The notes under the pieces are model-generated. The model made no database searches, was not told the DNA's origin, and saw nothing but the letters and a program-made list of their open reading frames with translations. 64,000 nucleotides of DNA from an uncultured Candidatus Binatia bacterium (GTDB taxonomy: Bacteria; Desulfobacterota; Binatia; Bin18), in the NCBI GenBank assembly GCA_965214605.1, contig OZ243961.1, forward strand, positions 2,496,001-2,560,000, given 5' to 3'. Positions 41,296-50,519 of the stretch are shown here, in pieces; within the stretch, counting starts at the first letter, position 1, and every line of letters begins with the position of its first letter. The position numbers were made by a program, and so were the translations under genes.

Positions 41296-43443
41296 ATGCC
41301 CCGCTCCCCCTTTGTCTGCTTCCTCAGTATGGTGTTCGTGGCGTGCCTGTTCGGCTCCACAACACAGGCCCAACCGCCTGAGCTGATCGCTGTTCCAACG
41401 AACGAGCTGATCACGGTTGACGGCGCCTTCAGCGAGGCAGTCTGGCAGTCGGCCCAGGCCATAGACACGCTACGTCAACGCGAGCCGGACGCCGGCGCTC
41501 CGGCGTCTGAGCGAACAGAGATACGCGTCCTGTACTCGCCCACCCGGCTCTACATTGGCATTACTTGCTTTGACTCGACCCCAGAGGCGATTGTGGTGTC
41601 TCGCTTTGATCGTGATGCCGCCCTTGACGCCGACGACCGGGTGAGTCTGCTGTTCGACACCTTTCACGACAGGCGCAATGCCTTTGTCTTTCAGATCAAC
41701 GCCGTGGGGGCCAGGTTTGACCAGATTATCTCTGATGAAGGACAAGATCTGAATCCGGACTGGAATGGGATCTGGTACGCCAAGACCCAGTTTACCACCC
41801 AGGGCTGGAATGCGGAGGTGGCGATTCCTTTTCAGACACTCAGCTTTGCGCCTCATCAAACCGTCTGGGGATTTAACGTCCAACGGGTGCTGAAGCGCAA
41901 TAACGAAGAGGCGGTGTGGGCCGGGTATCGGCAGAACCTAGACTTTTTTCGGGTATCGGAGGCCGGCCTGTTGACCGGCTTGGCCGCTGTCAGACAAGGG
42001 CTAGGCCTGGACGTGTCTCCGTTTCTGTCGACCATTCCCAGACGGGGAGCGACCAACTTCCAGCCAGGACTGAACGCCTTCTACAAGCTCACCCCGGGGC
42101 TAACCCTGAGTGTTACGCTGAACACCGACTTCGGGGAAACTGTGGTTGATGATTCCCAGATTAATCTGACCCGTTTCTCCCTGTTTTTTCCCGAGAAACG
42201 CCAGTTCTTCTTGGAGGATGCTGGAAATTTTGCGGTCGACGATCTGACCGGCACGTCTCGTCCCCTGGTCCTAATCCCCTTCTTCAGCCGGCGAATCGGC
42301 CTGGACCAGGACGGCAAGGCCGTCGATCTGCTAGGCGGCGTCAAGCTGAGCGGTCGGACCGGCCCCTATCGGGTAGGCCTCATGAGCGTCCAAGCTCAAA
42401 AGCGAGAGCCCGTCCCAGGTGAAAATTTCAGCGTCATCCGTCTCAAACGCGACCTGTTCACCAAATCCTCAATCGGCTTTATCGCCACCCGACGCACCCC
42501 CGAACGTGGATTGGCAACCGGCCTGGCCGGAGGCGATTTTCGCTATAGCACCTCGGAGCTAGGGGGGGAGAAAAATCTGTCGTGGTCGGCATTTTTTCTG
42601 AAGAGTTTTATTCCGGGAGCGACCAGAGACATGGCCTGGGGCACAGCGCTCAACATGCCTAACGACACCTGGGAGGTCTCGACCTCATATCACGAGGTGC
42701 AGGAAGATTTTGATGCCACAATGGGCTTTGTACGGCGCTCCGGCATTCGCCGCTTTCGCTGGTTTGTGCGTGCTGCGCCACGCCCGGGGCGCTGGGCCAC
42801 CCGCCAAGTCTCGTGCGGCTCAGGCGGCAGCTATTACGCTGACCCGCAGACCAACCAACTGCTGACCCGCTTTGTCGGCTTTCCCTGCTGGTGGCGCTTT
42901 GATAGCGGGGACGAGATCAGGGCCTTCACCTTTGCTTCCTTTCAACGCCTGGTCGAAGGGTTTGAGATTAGCGACGGGGTGACTATCGCCCCGGGCAGCT
43001 ATCACTACCGCCGCTACCGAACCGAATTCCAGAGCGCCGATAAGCGTCCGGTCGTCCTCTATCTCCGCTATGAGTGGGGAAGATTTTATAGCGGAAAACG
43101 AGACGACTGGACCGGACGGGTGGAGTTGCGGCCAGGCCCCTCTGTCTTCTTCAGCACGGAGTATCAGCAAAACGATCTCCGCTTGGCCGAGGGGAATTTT
43201 GTTGTTCGTTTGATCCGGACCCAGCTGAGTCTCGCGCTCAATCCCGACCTGTCGTGGTTCAGCTTGGTGCAGTATGACACGGTCTCGGATATGCTCAGTC
43301 TGAACAGTCAACTGCGCTGGATCATCGAACCCGGCAATGATTTCTATATCGTCTATAACCACAATTGGCACGCGCAGGCCGGCAGGTTCCAGTCCGCCCT
43401 GCGTGAGGGCCGGATTAAGGTTCGTTATACGTATCACTTCTAA
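41296..43443 (+). CDS. CBM9-like / DUF5916 outer-membrane protein (copy 1)
   Basis: Signal peptide; VDG...E..W, W.AE..IPF, NTDF, NLTRFSLFFPEKRQFFLE, FFSRRIG; C-terminal Y.Y.F. Confidence 0.85.
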   Translation: MPRSPFVCFLSMVFVACLFGSTTQAQPPELIAVPTNELITVDGAFSEAVWQSAQAIDTLRQREPDAGAPASERTEIRVLYSPTRLYIGITCFDSTPEAIVVSRFDRDAALDADDRVSLLFDTFHDRRNAFVFQINAVGARFDQIISDEGQDLNPDWNGIWYAKTQFTTQGWNAEVAIPFQTLSFAPHQTVWGFNVQRVLKRNNEEAVWAGYRQNLDFFRVSEAGLLTGLAAVRQGLGLDVSPFLSTIPRRGATNFQPGLNAFYKLTPGLTLSVTLNTDFGETVVDDSQINLTRFSLFFPEKRQFFLEDAGNFAVDDLTGTSRPLVLIPFFSRRIGLDQDGKAVDLLGGVKLSGRTGPYRVGLMSVQAQKREPVPGENFSVIRLKRDLFTKSSIGFIATRRTPERGLATGLAGGDFRYSTSELGGEKNLSWSAFFLKSFIPGATRDMAWGTALNMPNDTWEVSTSYHEVQEDFDATMGFVRRSGIRRFRWFVRAAPRPGRWATRQVSCGSGGSYYADPQTNQLLTRFVGFPCWWRFDSGDEIRAFTFASFQRLVEGFEISDGVTIAPGSYHYRRYRTEFQSADKRPVVLYLRYEWGRFYSGKRDDWTGRVELRPGPSVFFSTEYQQNDLRLAEGNFVVRLIRTQLSLALNPDLSWFSLVQYDTVSDMLSLNSQLRWIIEPGNDFYIVYNHNWHAQAGRFQSALREGRIKVRYTYHF

Positions 43444-43540
43444 GCTACGGTCTCGTGTTGTCCGACTGCGTGATCTCGTCCCGCGTTCTCTCCGGGATTG
43501 CGATAGGCCATGGACACTGCGCAATGTCAAGGTGCGCCGG

Positions 43541-45676
43541 ATGAGAAGGTGGTGGCTGGTGCTAGTCGGTGCAGGATGCCTGTTCGCCACACCGGCATCC
43601 GCCGCACGCCCCTCCTTGGTCGCGGTTCCAACGACCGAGCCGATCACGGTTGACGGAGTCCTTGATGAGGACGCCTGGCAGCATGCCCAGACCATAGACA
43701 CGTTACGCCAACGGGAACCGCACGAGGGGCAAACAGCCTCCGAACCGACCCAGGTTCGGGTCGTGTACTCTCCGACCCATCTGTACGTTGGGGTACGCTG
43801 TCTTGACTCGGAGCCCCACGCCATTGTCGCCACCCGTTTTGATCGGGACGCTGACCTGGAGGCGGACGACCGGATCAGCCTGCTCCTTGATACGTTCCAC
43901 GACCGGCGTAACGCCTTTATTTTTCAGATTAACGCGGTTGGAGCTCGCTTTGATCAGATTATCTCGGATGAGGGACAGGACCGGAACCCACACTGGAACG
44001 GCATCTGGTATGCCCGCACGCGGATAACACAGCACGGCTGGACGGCCGAATTCTCGATCCCGTTTCAAACCCTGAACTTTAGCCCTCACCACTCGACCTG
44101 GGGCTTCAACGTTCAGCGCATCATCAAGCGGCGGAACGAAGAGGCAGTGTGGGCCGGCTACCGGCAAAACCTCAACTTTTTCCGGGTGTCGGAGGCTGGC
44201 ACCTTGACCGGACTAGGCGGCCTGTCGCAGGGGCTAGGAATCGACGTCGTCCCCTCGTGGTCACTGATACCGAGACGCAGGGCGACGAACTTCCAGCCGT
44301 CTCTTGACGTTTTTTCAAAGCTCACACCAAGCTTGACCCTCAGTCTGAGTCTCAATACCGACTTTGGCGAAACCGAGGTGGACGACGCTCAGGTTAACCT
44401 AACCCGTTTTTCGCTCTTTTTCCCCGAGAAACGCCAGTTCTTTTTGGAGGACGCCGGTAACTTTGCGGTCGATGGGCTGACCCCGACGTCCGGGCCGCTG
44501 GTCATTATTCCTTTTTTCAGTCGCCGAATTGGAATTTCCGACGATGGGAAAACCGTTGACGTGGTCGGCGGCGGAAAGCTCAGCGGCCGGACCGGGCCGT
44601 ATCGGATTGGCATGATGAGCGTACAGACCCAGAACCGTGGTCGGGTGCCGGGTGAGAATTTCAGTATCATCCGGGTCAAACGCGATATCCTGACCAAATC
44701 CTCAGTCGGGTTTATGGCCACCCGCCGGACCCCGGAACGGGGACCGGCAACGGGCCTGGCGGGTGGTGATTTTCGCTACAGTACCTCAGAGCTGGCAGGC
44801 GATAAGAATCTGGAGTTCTCCTCCTTTTTTTTACGCAGCTTCGTGCCGGGGACGACCAAAAACCAAGCCTGGGGGAACCAGATTAGCCTGCCCAACGATA
44901 CGTGGCACATTTTTGGCACCTACCGTGAGGTGCAAAAAGAGTTTGAGGCGACTATGGGCTTTGTGCCACGCACGGGCATCCGACGTTTCGGCTGGTTTGT
45001 GGAATACGCCCCGCGGCCCAAACTCTGGCAGACCCGCCAGGTCAGCTGCGCCTTTGACGGCAATTATTTTGCCGACCCGGATATGGGAACGCTGCTGACG
45101 CGGAACGTCAACTTTCCGTGTGAGTGGCGGTTTGAGAGCGGGGATGTCGTCCGTTTCCGAACGATTCAGACCTTTGAGCGCCTGCACGACACGTTTACCA
45201 TTAATGAGGGGGTGACGATCCCAGCGGGCGCCTATGTCTTTCGACGCCAACGGCTTGAGTTTGATAGCGCGGATAAACGCAAGGTAGGGGTCTTTGCCCG
45301 CTACCAGTGGGGACATTTTTTTAGCGGGCGGCGGGATGACTGGATCGGTCGGCTCACCTTTCGACCCGGCCCCTTCGTCTTTTTTAGCGGCGAGTACCAG
45401 CAGAACGATGTCCGCCTCCCGTGGGGCAGCTTTGTGGTGCGCTTAGTCCGGGCCCGTCTCAATCTGGCCCTCAACCCGGATGTGTCGTGGTTCGCCTTTG
45501 GGCAGTACGACACGGTTTCAGACACCCTGGGACTCAATACCCAGCTGCGTTGGATTATTGAGCCGGGCAACGAATTGTTTGTGACGTATAACCATAACTG
45601 GCTCATTCGTGACGGCGATATCCATGCCACGCTGCGCGAAGGGCGGATTAAGGTCCGCTATACGTATCGGTTCTGA
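43541..45676 (+). CDS. CBM9-like / DUF5916 outer-membrane protein (copy 2)
   Basis: Same motifs; colinear with copy 1 over its full length. Confidence 0.85.
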   Translation: MRRWWLVLVGAGCLFATPASAARPSLVAVPTTEPITVDGVLDEDAWQHAQTIDTLRQREPHEGQTASEPTQVRVVYSPTHLYVGVRCLDSEPHAIVATRFDRDADLEADDRISLLLDTFHDRRNAFIFQINAVGARFDQIISDEGQDRNPHWNGIWYARTRITQHGWTAEFSIPFQTLNFSPHHSTWGFNVQRIIKRRNEEAVWAGYRQNLNFFRVSEAGTLTGLGGLSQGLGIDVVPSWSLIPRRRATNFQPSLDVFSKLTPSLTLSLSLNTDFGETEVDDAQVNLTRFSLFFPEKRQFFLEDAGNFAVDGLTPTSGPLVIIPFFSRRIGISDDGKTVDVVGGGKLSGRTGPYRIGMMSVQTQNRGRVPGENFSIIRVKRDILTKSSVGFMATRRTPERGPATGLAGGDFRYSTSELAGDKNLEFSSFFLRSFVPGTTKNQAWGNQISLPNDTWHIFGTYREVQKEFEATMGFVPRTGIRRFGWFVEYAPRPKLWQTRQVSCAFDGNYFADPDMGTLLTRNVNFPCEWRFESGDVVRFRTIQTFERLHDTFTINEGVTIPAGAYVFRRQRLEFDSADKRKVGVFARYQWGHFFSGRRDDWIGRLTFRPGPFVFFSGEYQQNDVRLPWGSFVVRLVRARLNLALNPDVSWFAFGQYDTVSDTLGLNTQLRWIIEPGNELFVTYNHNWLIRDGDIHATLREGRIKVRYTYRF

Positions 45677-45879
45677 GGGGTCTTGGTCTTATCTTAAAGC
45701 GGTACCTCTCACCCTGCGTACGAGATCGCTACCCCGCGGCCAAGCCCCTCAGACACGAGTTGTCAGACCTGGGAGCACGGCCCCCGAATATCAAACGACC
45801 GCCGGGTTTCCATCCTGCGGTACCGCCTGCCTGCTCTCCTTCCAAAACCGATTCAGCCTGGAGCTCAGCGGCGCGGGTC

Positions 45880-48095
45880 CTAATATAACACCTGTCCATA
45901 CGCCATTGGGCGCAGTGGTCAGGCGCCAGGGCATAGCTGTATGGGTGCGGACACCCACCTCTGGATGTTCCAGTCGGGCAAAAAAGCCGCGCGCGTTCAG
46001 ATGTGGATATCGGCCAGATCTTTGCTGGTCATGGACGGAAAGGCCGCGACTCCCGCCGCCTGCAGCGTCTTAGTCACCTCCCACTTGTCTTGGTCATGCG
46101 TCCAGGCGGTCAGCAGCTCCTCTAAAGCGTCTTCGTTGACCTTACGGGCGGGTGCGGTCTGGAAACGTGCGTCGCTGGCCAGCTCAGGCTTAGCGATTGC
46201 CCGACACAGCGCCTGCCACTCGTCATCCGTGCCGCATGCAATGCTGACCCACTCGTCCTGTCCGACACACCGGAAACAATTATGGGGAGCCATGATCGGG
46301 TCGCGGTTACCGATGCGCGGTGGCTGGCGCTGATTCATAGCGTGGTCCATCCAGCCCTCAAAGACCAAGACCGCCATCGACTCCCACAGCGACACGTCAA
46401 TATACTGGCCTTGGCCGGTCCGCTTTTTGGCGACGAGAGCCGCAGCAATGGCCACTGCCGCGTTCAAACCGGCGTTGGGATCGCTGTAGGAAACGCCGAC
46501 TTCACTCGGTCCGCCGTCCGCATAGCCGGTCAGTGACGACAGCCCGGTCAGAGGAACGATCGCCGGACCACAGCCCATATGGTTCTTTTGGGGGCCGGTG
46601 TGTCCATAGCCCGAAATGGACGCCATGATGAGGCCGGGATTGACCTGCTTGTGATCTTCATAGCCGAGTCCCAAACGTTCCATGACGCCGGTAGCGTAAT
46701 TTTCGACCACCACGTCAGAGACTTTGATTAAGGCTTTGGCGATCGGTATGGCTTGCGGTTTGCTCAAATTGAGTAGGGTACTCTTTTTGCCCTGATGGCA
46801 CTGGTTGGCATAGCCGGAACGGTTCAGGCCGCGCTCCATACCGGTCGGATAGATCGGAACCCGCCGGCCTAGGTCTGGTCGGGTCTGAGACTCAACCCGA
46901 ATCACTTCGGCTCCGAGATGGGCGAGTTGCATAGCACAAAACGGCCCGGCCCAGCTAAAATCGACCACGCGAATCCCTGCAAGCGGCAGGTGGGGAGCGG
47001 CCGACGGGGGGGTGAGGACTGGGGGCGGGGGGATCTGTGGTTGTCCTGAAAACGATACGGCGGACCGAGATGGGTGAGGGGTTCCGGCTTTGGGGTGCGT
47101 TACCTCGACAAAGATATTTCTCTCCTGGAGCTGCTTTTGCTTGGGCAGCTGATCCATACAAAACAGATCCGCGGCTCCTGCCCGGCCTTGAACAGCTCCT
47201 CGACTGTCCAGCCCTGCATCCACTCGTCCAGATACGGCTTGAGCACGTCCCAGTTCTGAGCCCGCATAAACGGGTCTTGGAAAATCTCCCAACTTGCCCA
47301 CTCCGGGTTGCCCATTAGCTCGACCAGACGCAACCACTGATCTTGCTCAACCGTCACCACAAAAATCAGCCCATCCTGGCACGCAAACATACCCCACGGC
47401 GCGAGGAGCCGTCGACCTAGGCGTGAGGCGACCTGGCCCATATAGCTGTAGTAGACAAAGTTCTGTTCCAGGAAAGATGCGACATACTCTTGGACCGACA
47501 GACCGATGTGCCCTCCCTGTCCGGTCTCCAAGCTCTTGGCGTAGGCCGCCATGGACACCATCGCAGCGGTCAGCCCGGCCGGCAGATCAGCCTGATGGCC
47601 GGCCGCTTTGAGGGACGGTAAATCGGGCCGTTCTGACGTCCCCGGACTGAGCCACGCCCAGCCGCCGTGGGCGGTGGTGAGTTCGTAGGCCCGATAGTCC
47701 TTGGACGGGCCCGTTAGCCCGAACGGGGTAATAGAGCACATCACCAAGCGGGGGTTGAGCGGTCGAAAGGGCTCATGGGCAATCCCCAGCTCATTCATTC
47801 GGGGGGGCGGATAGTTGTGGATGAGAATATCGGTCTCGGCGATGAGGTCGATGGAGAGCAGGACGGTCCTGAACGAAATCCAGAGTCACACTCCGTTTGT
47901 TGGTATTCAGCGCCAGGAACGTTCCGCTTTTTTCCGCATCGGCAACACCGCGGGGGAAGGGCCCCGCCGGCGTGCGGGATCGCCACCGGGCTCTTCGATC
48001 TTTATGACCGCAGCGCCAAGATCGCCAATCAGCTTGCTCGCATAGGCCGCGGACACCATCTCGCCTAGCTCTAGCACCTGTATTCCCTCAAGCAT
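45880..48095 (-). pseudogene. Double-domain CaiB/BaiF class III CoA transferase, multiply frameshifted
   Basis: MLEGIQVLELG..VSAAY..K..GDLGA.VIKIE, ITPFGLTGP, GIRVVDFS/AGP, GQGQYIDVS spread over at least four frames, with apparent deletions; ends approximate. Confidence 0.82.
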
Positions 48096-48248
48096 GACAT
48101 GCTCCTCCTTGTGTGAAGATGCTAGGGTGTACATATTTTCGAGCTCCTCCTCAACTGTCCGACCGAGAACCGGACCGGCCCAATCAACAGAGGGACCTTC
48201 TCTTGACCAAGTCAGCCGGTCTGGTTAGGGTTTTGTCAGGAGGCAGCA

Positions 48249-49274
48249 ATGGCAGTCGATGTAGCAGTCCTCACAAATCAGCTTCAAGATTTCGTCGGAG
48301 CGCACTATGGGAAGGATGCCGAGGCCAGTCAGGTGGAGGTCATGCCCGGTCACGCCGGCCTCAGCTTTGGCTTTCGGATCGATTTCTCTCAAGATGGCCA
48401 GGCCCGCCATGAATCGCTAGTTATGCGCCTGCCGCCCAAAGGCGTGCGGCAGAGCGGCAATACGGATGTGCTGCGCCAGGTGCCGCTGCTGCACGCGCTC
48501 AAACGCCGCGGGGTGCCGGTGCCAACGGTACGCTGGTCGGGTGATGACCTGCGCTGGTTTGAGGTGCCGTACATCATGGTTGAGCGGCTCCCGGGCCGGA
48601 CTTTTAACGTCTGGGAGCCGGACGCGTCGTTTGACACTAGCCCATCAGCAGTGGCGGAGCTGTATTATCAGGCGGTCGATGCCCTCGTTCAGGTCCACAG
48701 CCTGGACTGGCAAACCGAGTTGGCAGGGTGGGAACAGCCGCGTTCCTTGGAGACTGAAATCCGTTTTTGGGACGCGATTTTGGCCAAAGCCGCAGAGCCG
48801 CAGTGGGTCAGCCAAGGGCAAGAAGTTCGAGAGCTGCTGCTGGCCAGCCAACCCCCCACGCCCCCCATGGGTCTCTTTCATGGAGACTTTCAGGGGACGA
48901 ATTTTCTGTTTGATGGAGACCGTCTTATTGCCCTGCTGGACTGGGAAATCTCGGGGATTAGTGGCCATCTCCTCGATGTTGGCTGGCTCCTAGTTTTTAC
49001 CGACCAGAAGAGTTGGGCGGCCGGCCATCGACCGATTGAGGCCGCGCCGTCCGCCCAAGACCTGATTGCCCGTTACGAAGACGGTATGCGCCGCAAGGTG
49101 CCGGATATTGGCTGGTATCAGGCGCTGGCCGGCTACCGCTTTGGCGTTATTAGCGGCTTTAACGTCATGCTCCATCGGCGCGGCAAACGCCACGACCCGG
49201 AATGGGAGGTGATTGCTCCCTCGGTCTCGTCGCTGTTCGGCCAGGCCAAGCGGCTGCTGATGCCGGCGGGATGA
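48249..49274 (+). CDS. Phosphotransferase family protein (ACAD10/11 N-terminal-like)
   Basis: V.R.PP, VPVP, HGDF...N, LDWE. Confidence 0.85.
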   Translation: MAVDVAVLTNQLQDFVGAHYGKDAEASQVEVMPGHAGLSFGFRIDFSQDGQARHESLVMRLPPKGVRQSGNTDVLRQVPLLHALKRRGVPVPTVRWSGDDLRWFEVPYIMVERLPGRTFNVWEPDASFDTSPSAVAELYYQAVDALVQVHSLDWQTELAGWEQPRSLETEIRFWDAILAKAAEPQWVSQGQEVRELLLASQPPTPPMGLFHGDFQGTNFLFDGDRLIALLDWEISGISGHLLDVGWLLVFTDQKSWAAGHRPIEAAPSAQDLIARYEDGMRRKVPDIGWYQALAGYRFGVISGFNVMLHRRGKRHDPEWEVIAPSVSSLFGQAKRLLMPAG

Positions 49275-49342
49275 TGGACGACGGCTGAGACGGTCCCCGG
49301 ACCCGAAGAAGGCTAGCGCGCTCCGGCGACACGGCCACAGGG

Positions 49343-49945
49343 CTATTGAGCGACGGCCTCCTGCAAGCGCGCATAGCTGGCCGTAAACCCCTTGAGCGAA
49401 ACCTCTACCCGGACGACCTGTGCTCCGGTCGATTCGACCATCTTGGTGGCAAGGATCCGACCCGCTCTGAGCTGTCCCAGGATTGCCTCGTCGAGCAGTC
49501 CTCGGGCGAGGCAGCCTTCCGGGAGACAGGTCTGAAACGGCAGACTATAGCTCTTCCCTTCATCAATCTGCAGCACGATGCCTCTGTCCAGAAGGAGGCC
49601 GAAGGGGGTCAGAATGGTGATTTCAGCACCGCTTGCCTGGTGCGGTGCCAGTGTCACAGTCAAAAGTTGCTGGGTCTTTCCCGACTTCTCGTCATGCCAG
49701 CTGAGACGCTGCTCCATAGAACACCGCCGAACCTGTTGGCCGTCCTCGGTCTCGTGAAGCGCGCAGCGGGCCATCCAGTCGCCATAGGTCTCAAAAAATC
49801 GGCTTGGAACGGGGGCACTGGTCTGTGCCGCCACGGTCTCGACAAGGCGGCTGGCGGGCACGAGCAGCAGCGTCACCAACAGCAAACTGCTGTACGCAGC
49901 GGGCCGCTTGAACCTCGACCAGCAGCGCGTCGTCCGCCAAGTCAT
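49343..49945 (-). CDS. Invasion-associated locus B (IalB) family protein
   Basis: YGDW...C, P.GLLL..G, F.TC...GC, SLKGF..SY; start uncertain. Confidence 0.82.
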   Translation of the reverse strand: MTWRTTRCWSRFKRPAAYSSLLLVTLLLVPASRLVETVAAQTSAPVPSRFFETYGDWMARCALHETEDGQQVRRCSMEQRLSWHDEKSGKTQQLLTVTLAPHQASGAEITILTPFGLLLDRGIVLQIDEGKSYSLPFQTCLPEGCLARGLLDEAILGQLRAGRILATKMVESTGAQVVRVEVSLKGFTASYARLQEAVAQ

Positions 49946-49980
49946 GCCCAGAGTCTCCACTGCTCGGCCCACGGACCACC

Positions 49981-50007
49981 ACAAAAAGGGGGCGAAGTGC
50001 CCCCCCC
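49981..50007 (-). terminator. Rho-independent terminator after the HU gene
   Basis: Minus strand GGGGGC-ACTTC-GCCCCC-TTTTTGT just after the HU stop. Confidence 0.8.
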
Positions 50008-50012
50008 GATAT

Positions 50013-50360
50013 CTACGCTTTGGCAGCCGATTTTCTCGCCGCCCTTCTGGCGGTTGTGGCTTTTTTGGCAGCTGCTCTGGACGGGCCTAGACTCCCCTCT
50101 TTGAATGCCTTGGAAGGGGAGAAGGTAATTCTTTTACTGGCTCTCTTGCGAATAGGCTCGCCTGTCCGAGGGTTGCGATACGTCCGCGCCTTGACCGGCT
50201 TGAGGCTGAAGGTGCCCAGGTTTGGGATTCTCAGCTCTTTTTCTTTTTTGACGGTCTTGGTGATAAAGGTCACTAGAGCCGTCAGGTTCTCATCCGCTTG
50301 GCTACTAGGGATCCCACCCCAATCATCGGCCAACTTCTTCACCATATCTGCCTTCTTCAT
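50013..50360 (-). CDS. HU-family DNA-binding protein with basic Ala/Lys/Arg C-terminal tail
   Basis: M.K.D, LGTF, AR..RNPRTGE.I, F.PSK. Confidence 0.92.
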   Translation of the reverse strand: MKKADMVKKLADDWGGIPSSQADENLTALVTFITKTVKKEKELRIPNLGTFSLKPVKARTYRNPRTGEPIRKRASKRITFSPSKAFKEGSLGPSRAAAKKATTARRAARKSAAKA

Positions 50361-50519
50361 AACATCACTCTCCCTTCTCTACATCTCTCTCGTGAGAGGT
50401 TTATTGGTACGTATTGGGGTCTTTCCCCTGATGAACACGGTATTTTTTAGCCACCATGTCCAAAAAAATCAATAAATTCCGGGAATAATGAGAAAAAATA
50501 ATGAGAGAAGTCGGCGAGG

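Noticed and set aside
42820-43833. Long antisense ORFs (also 51027-51896, 60227-61003, 49346-50104)
   Set aside because: Shadow ORFs of well-supported genes on the opposite strand in GC-rich DNA.
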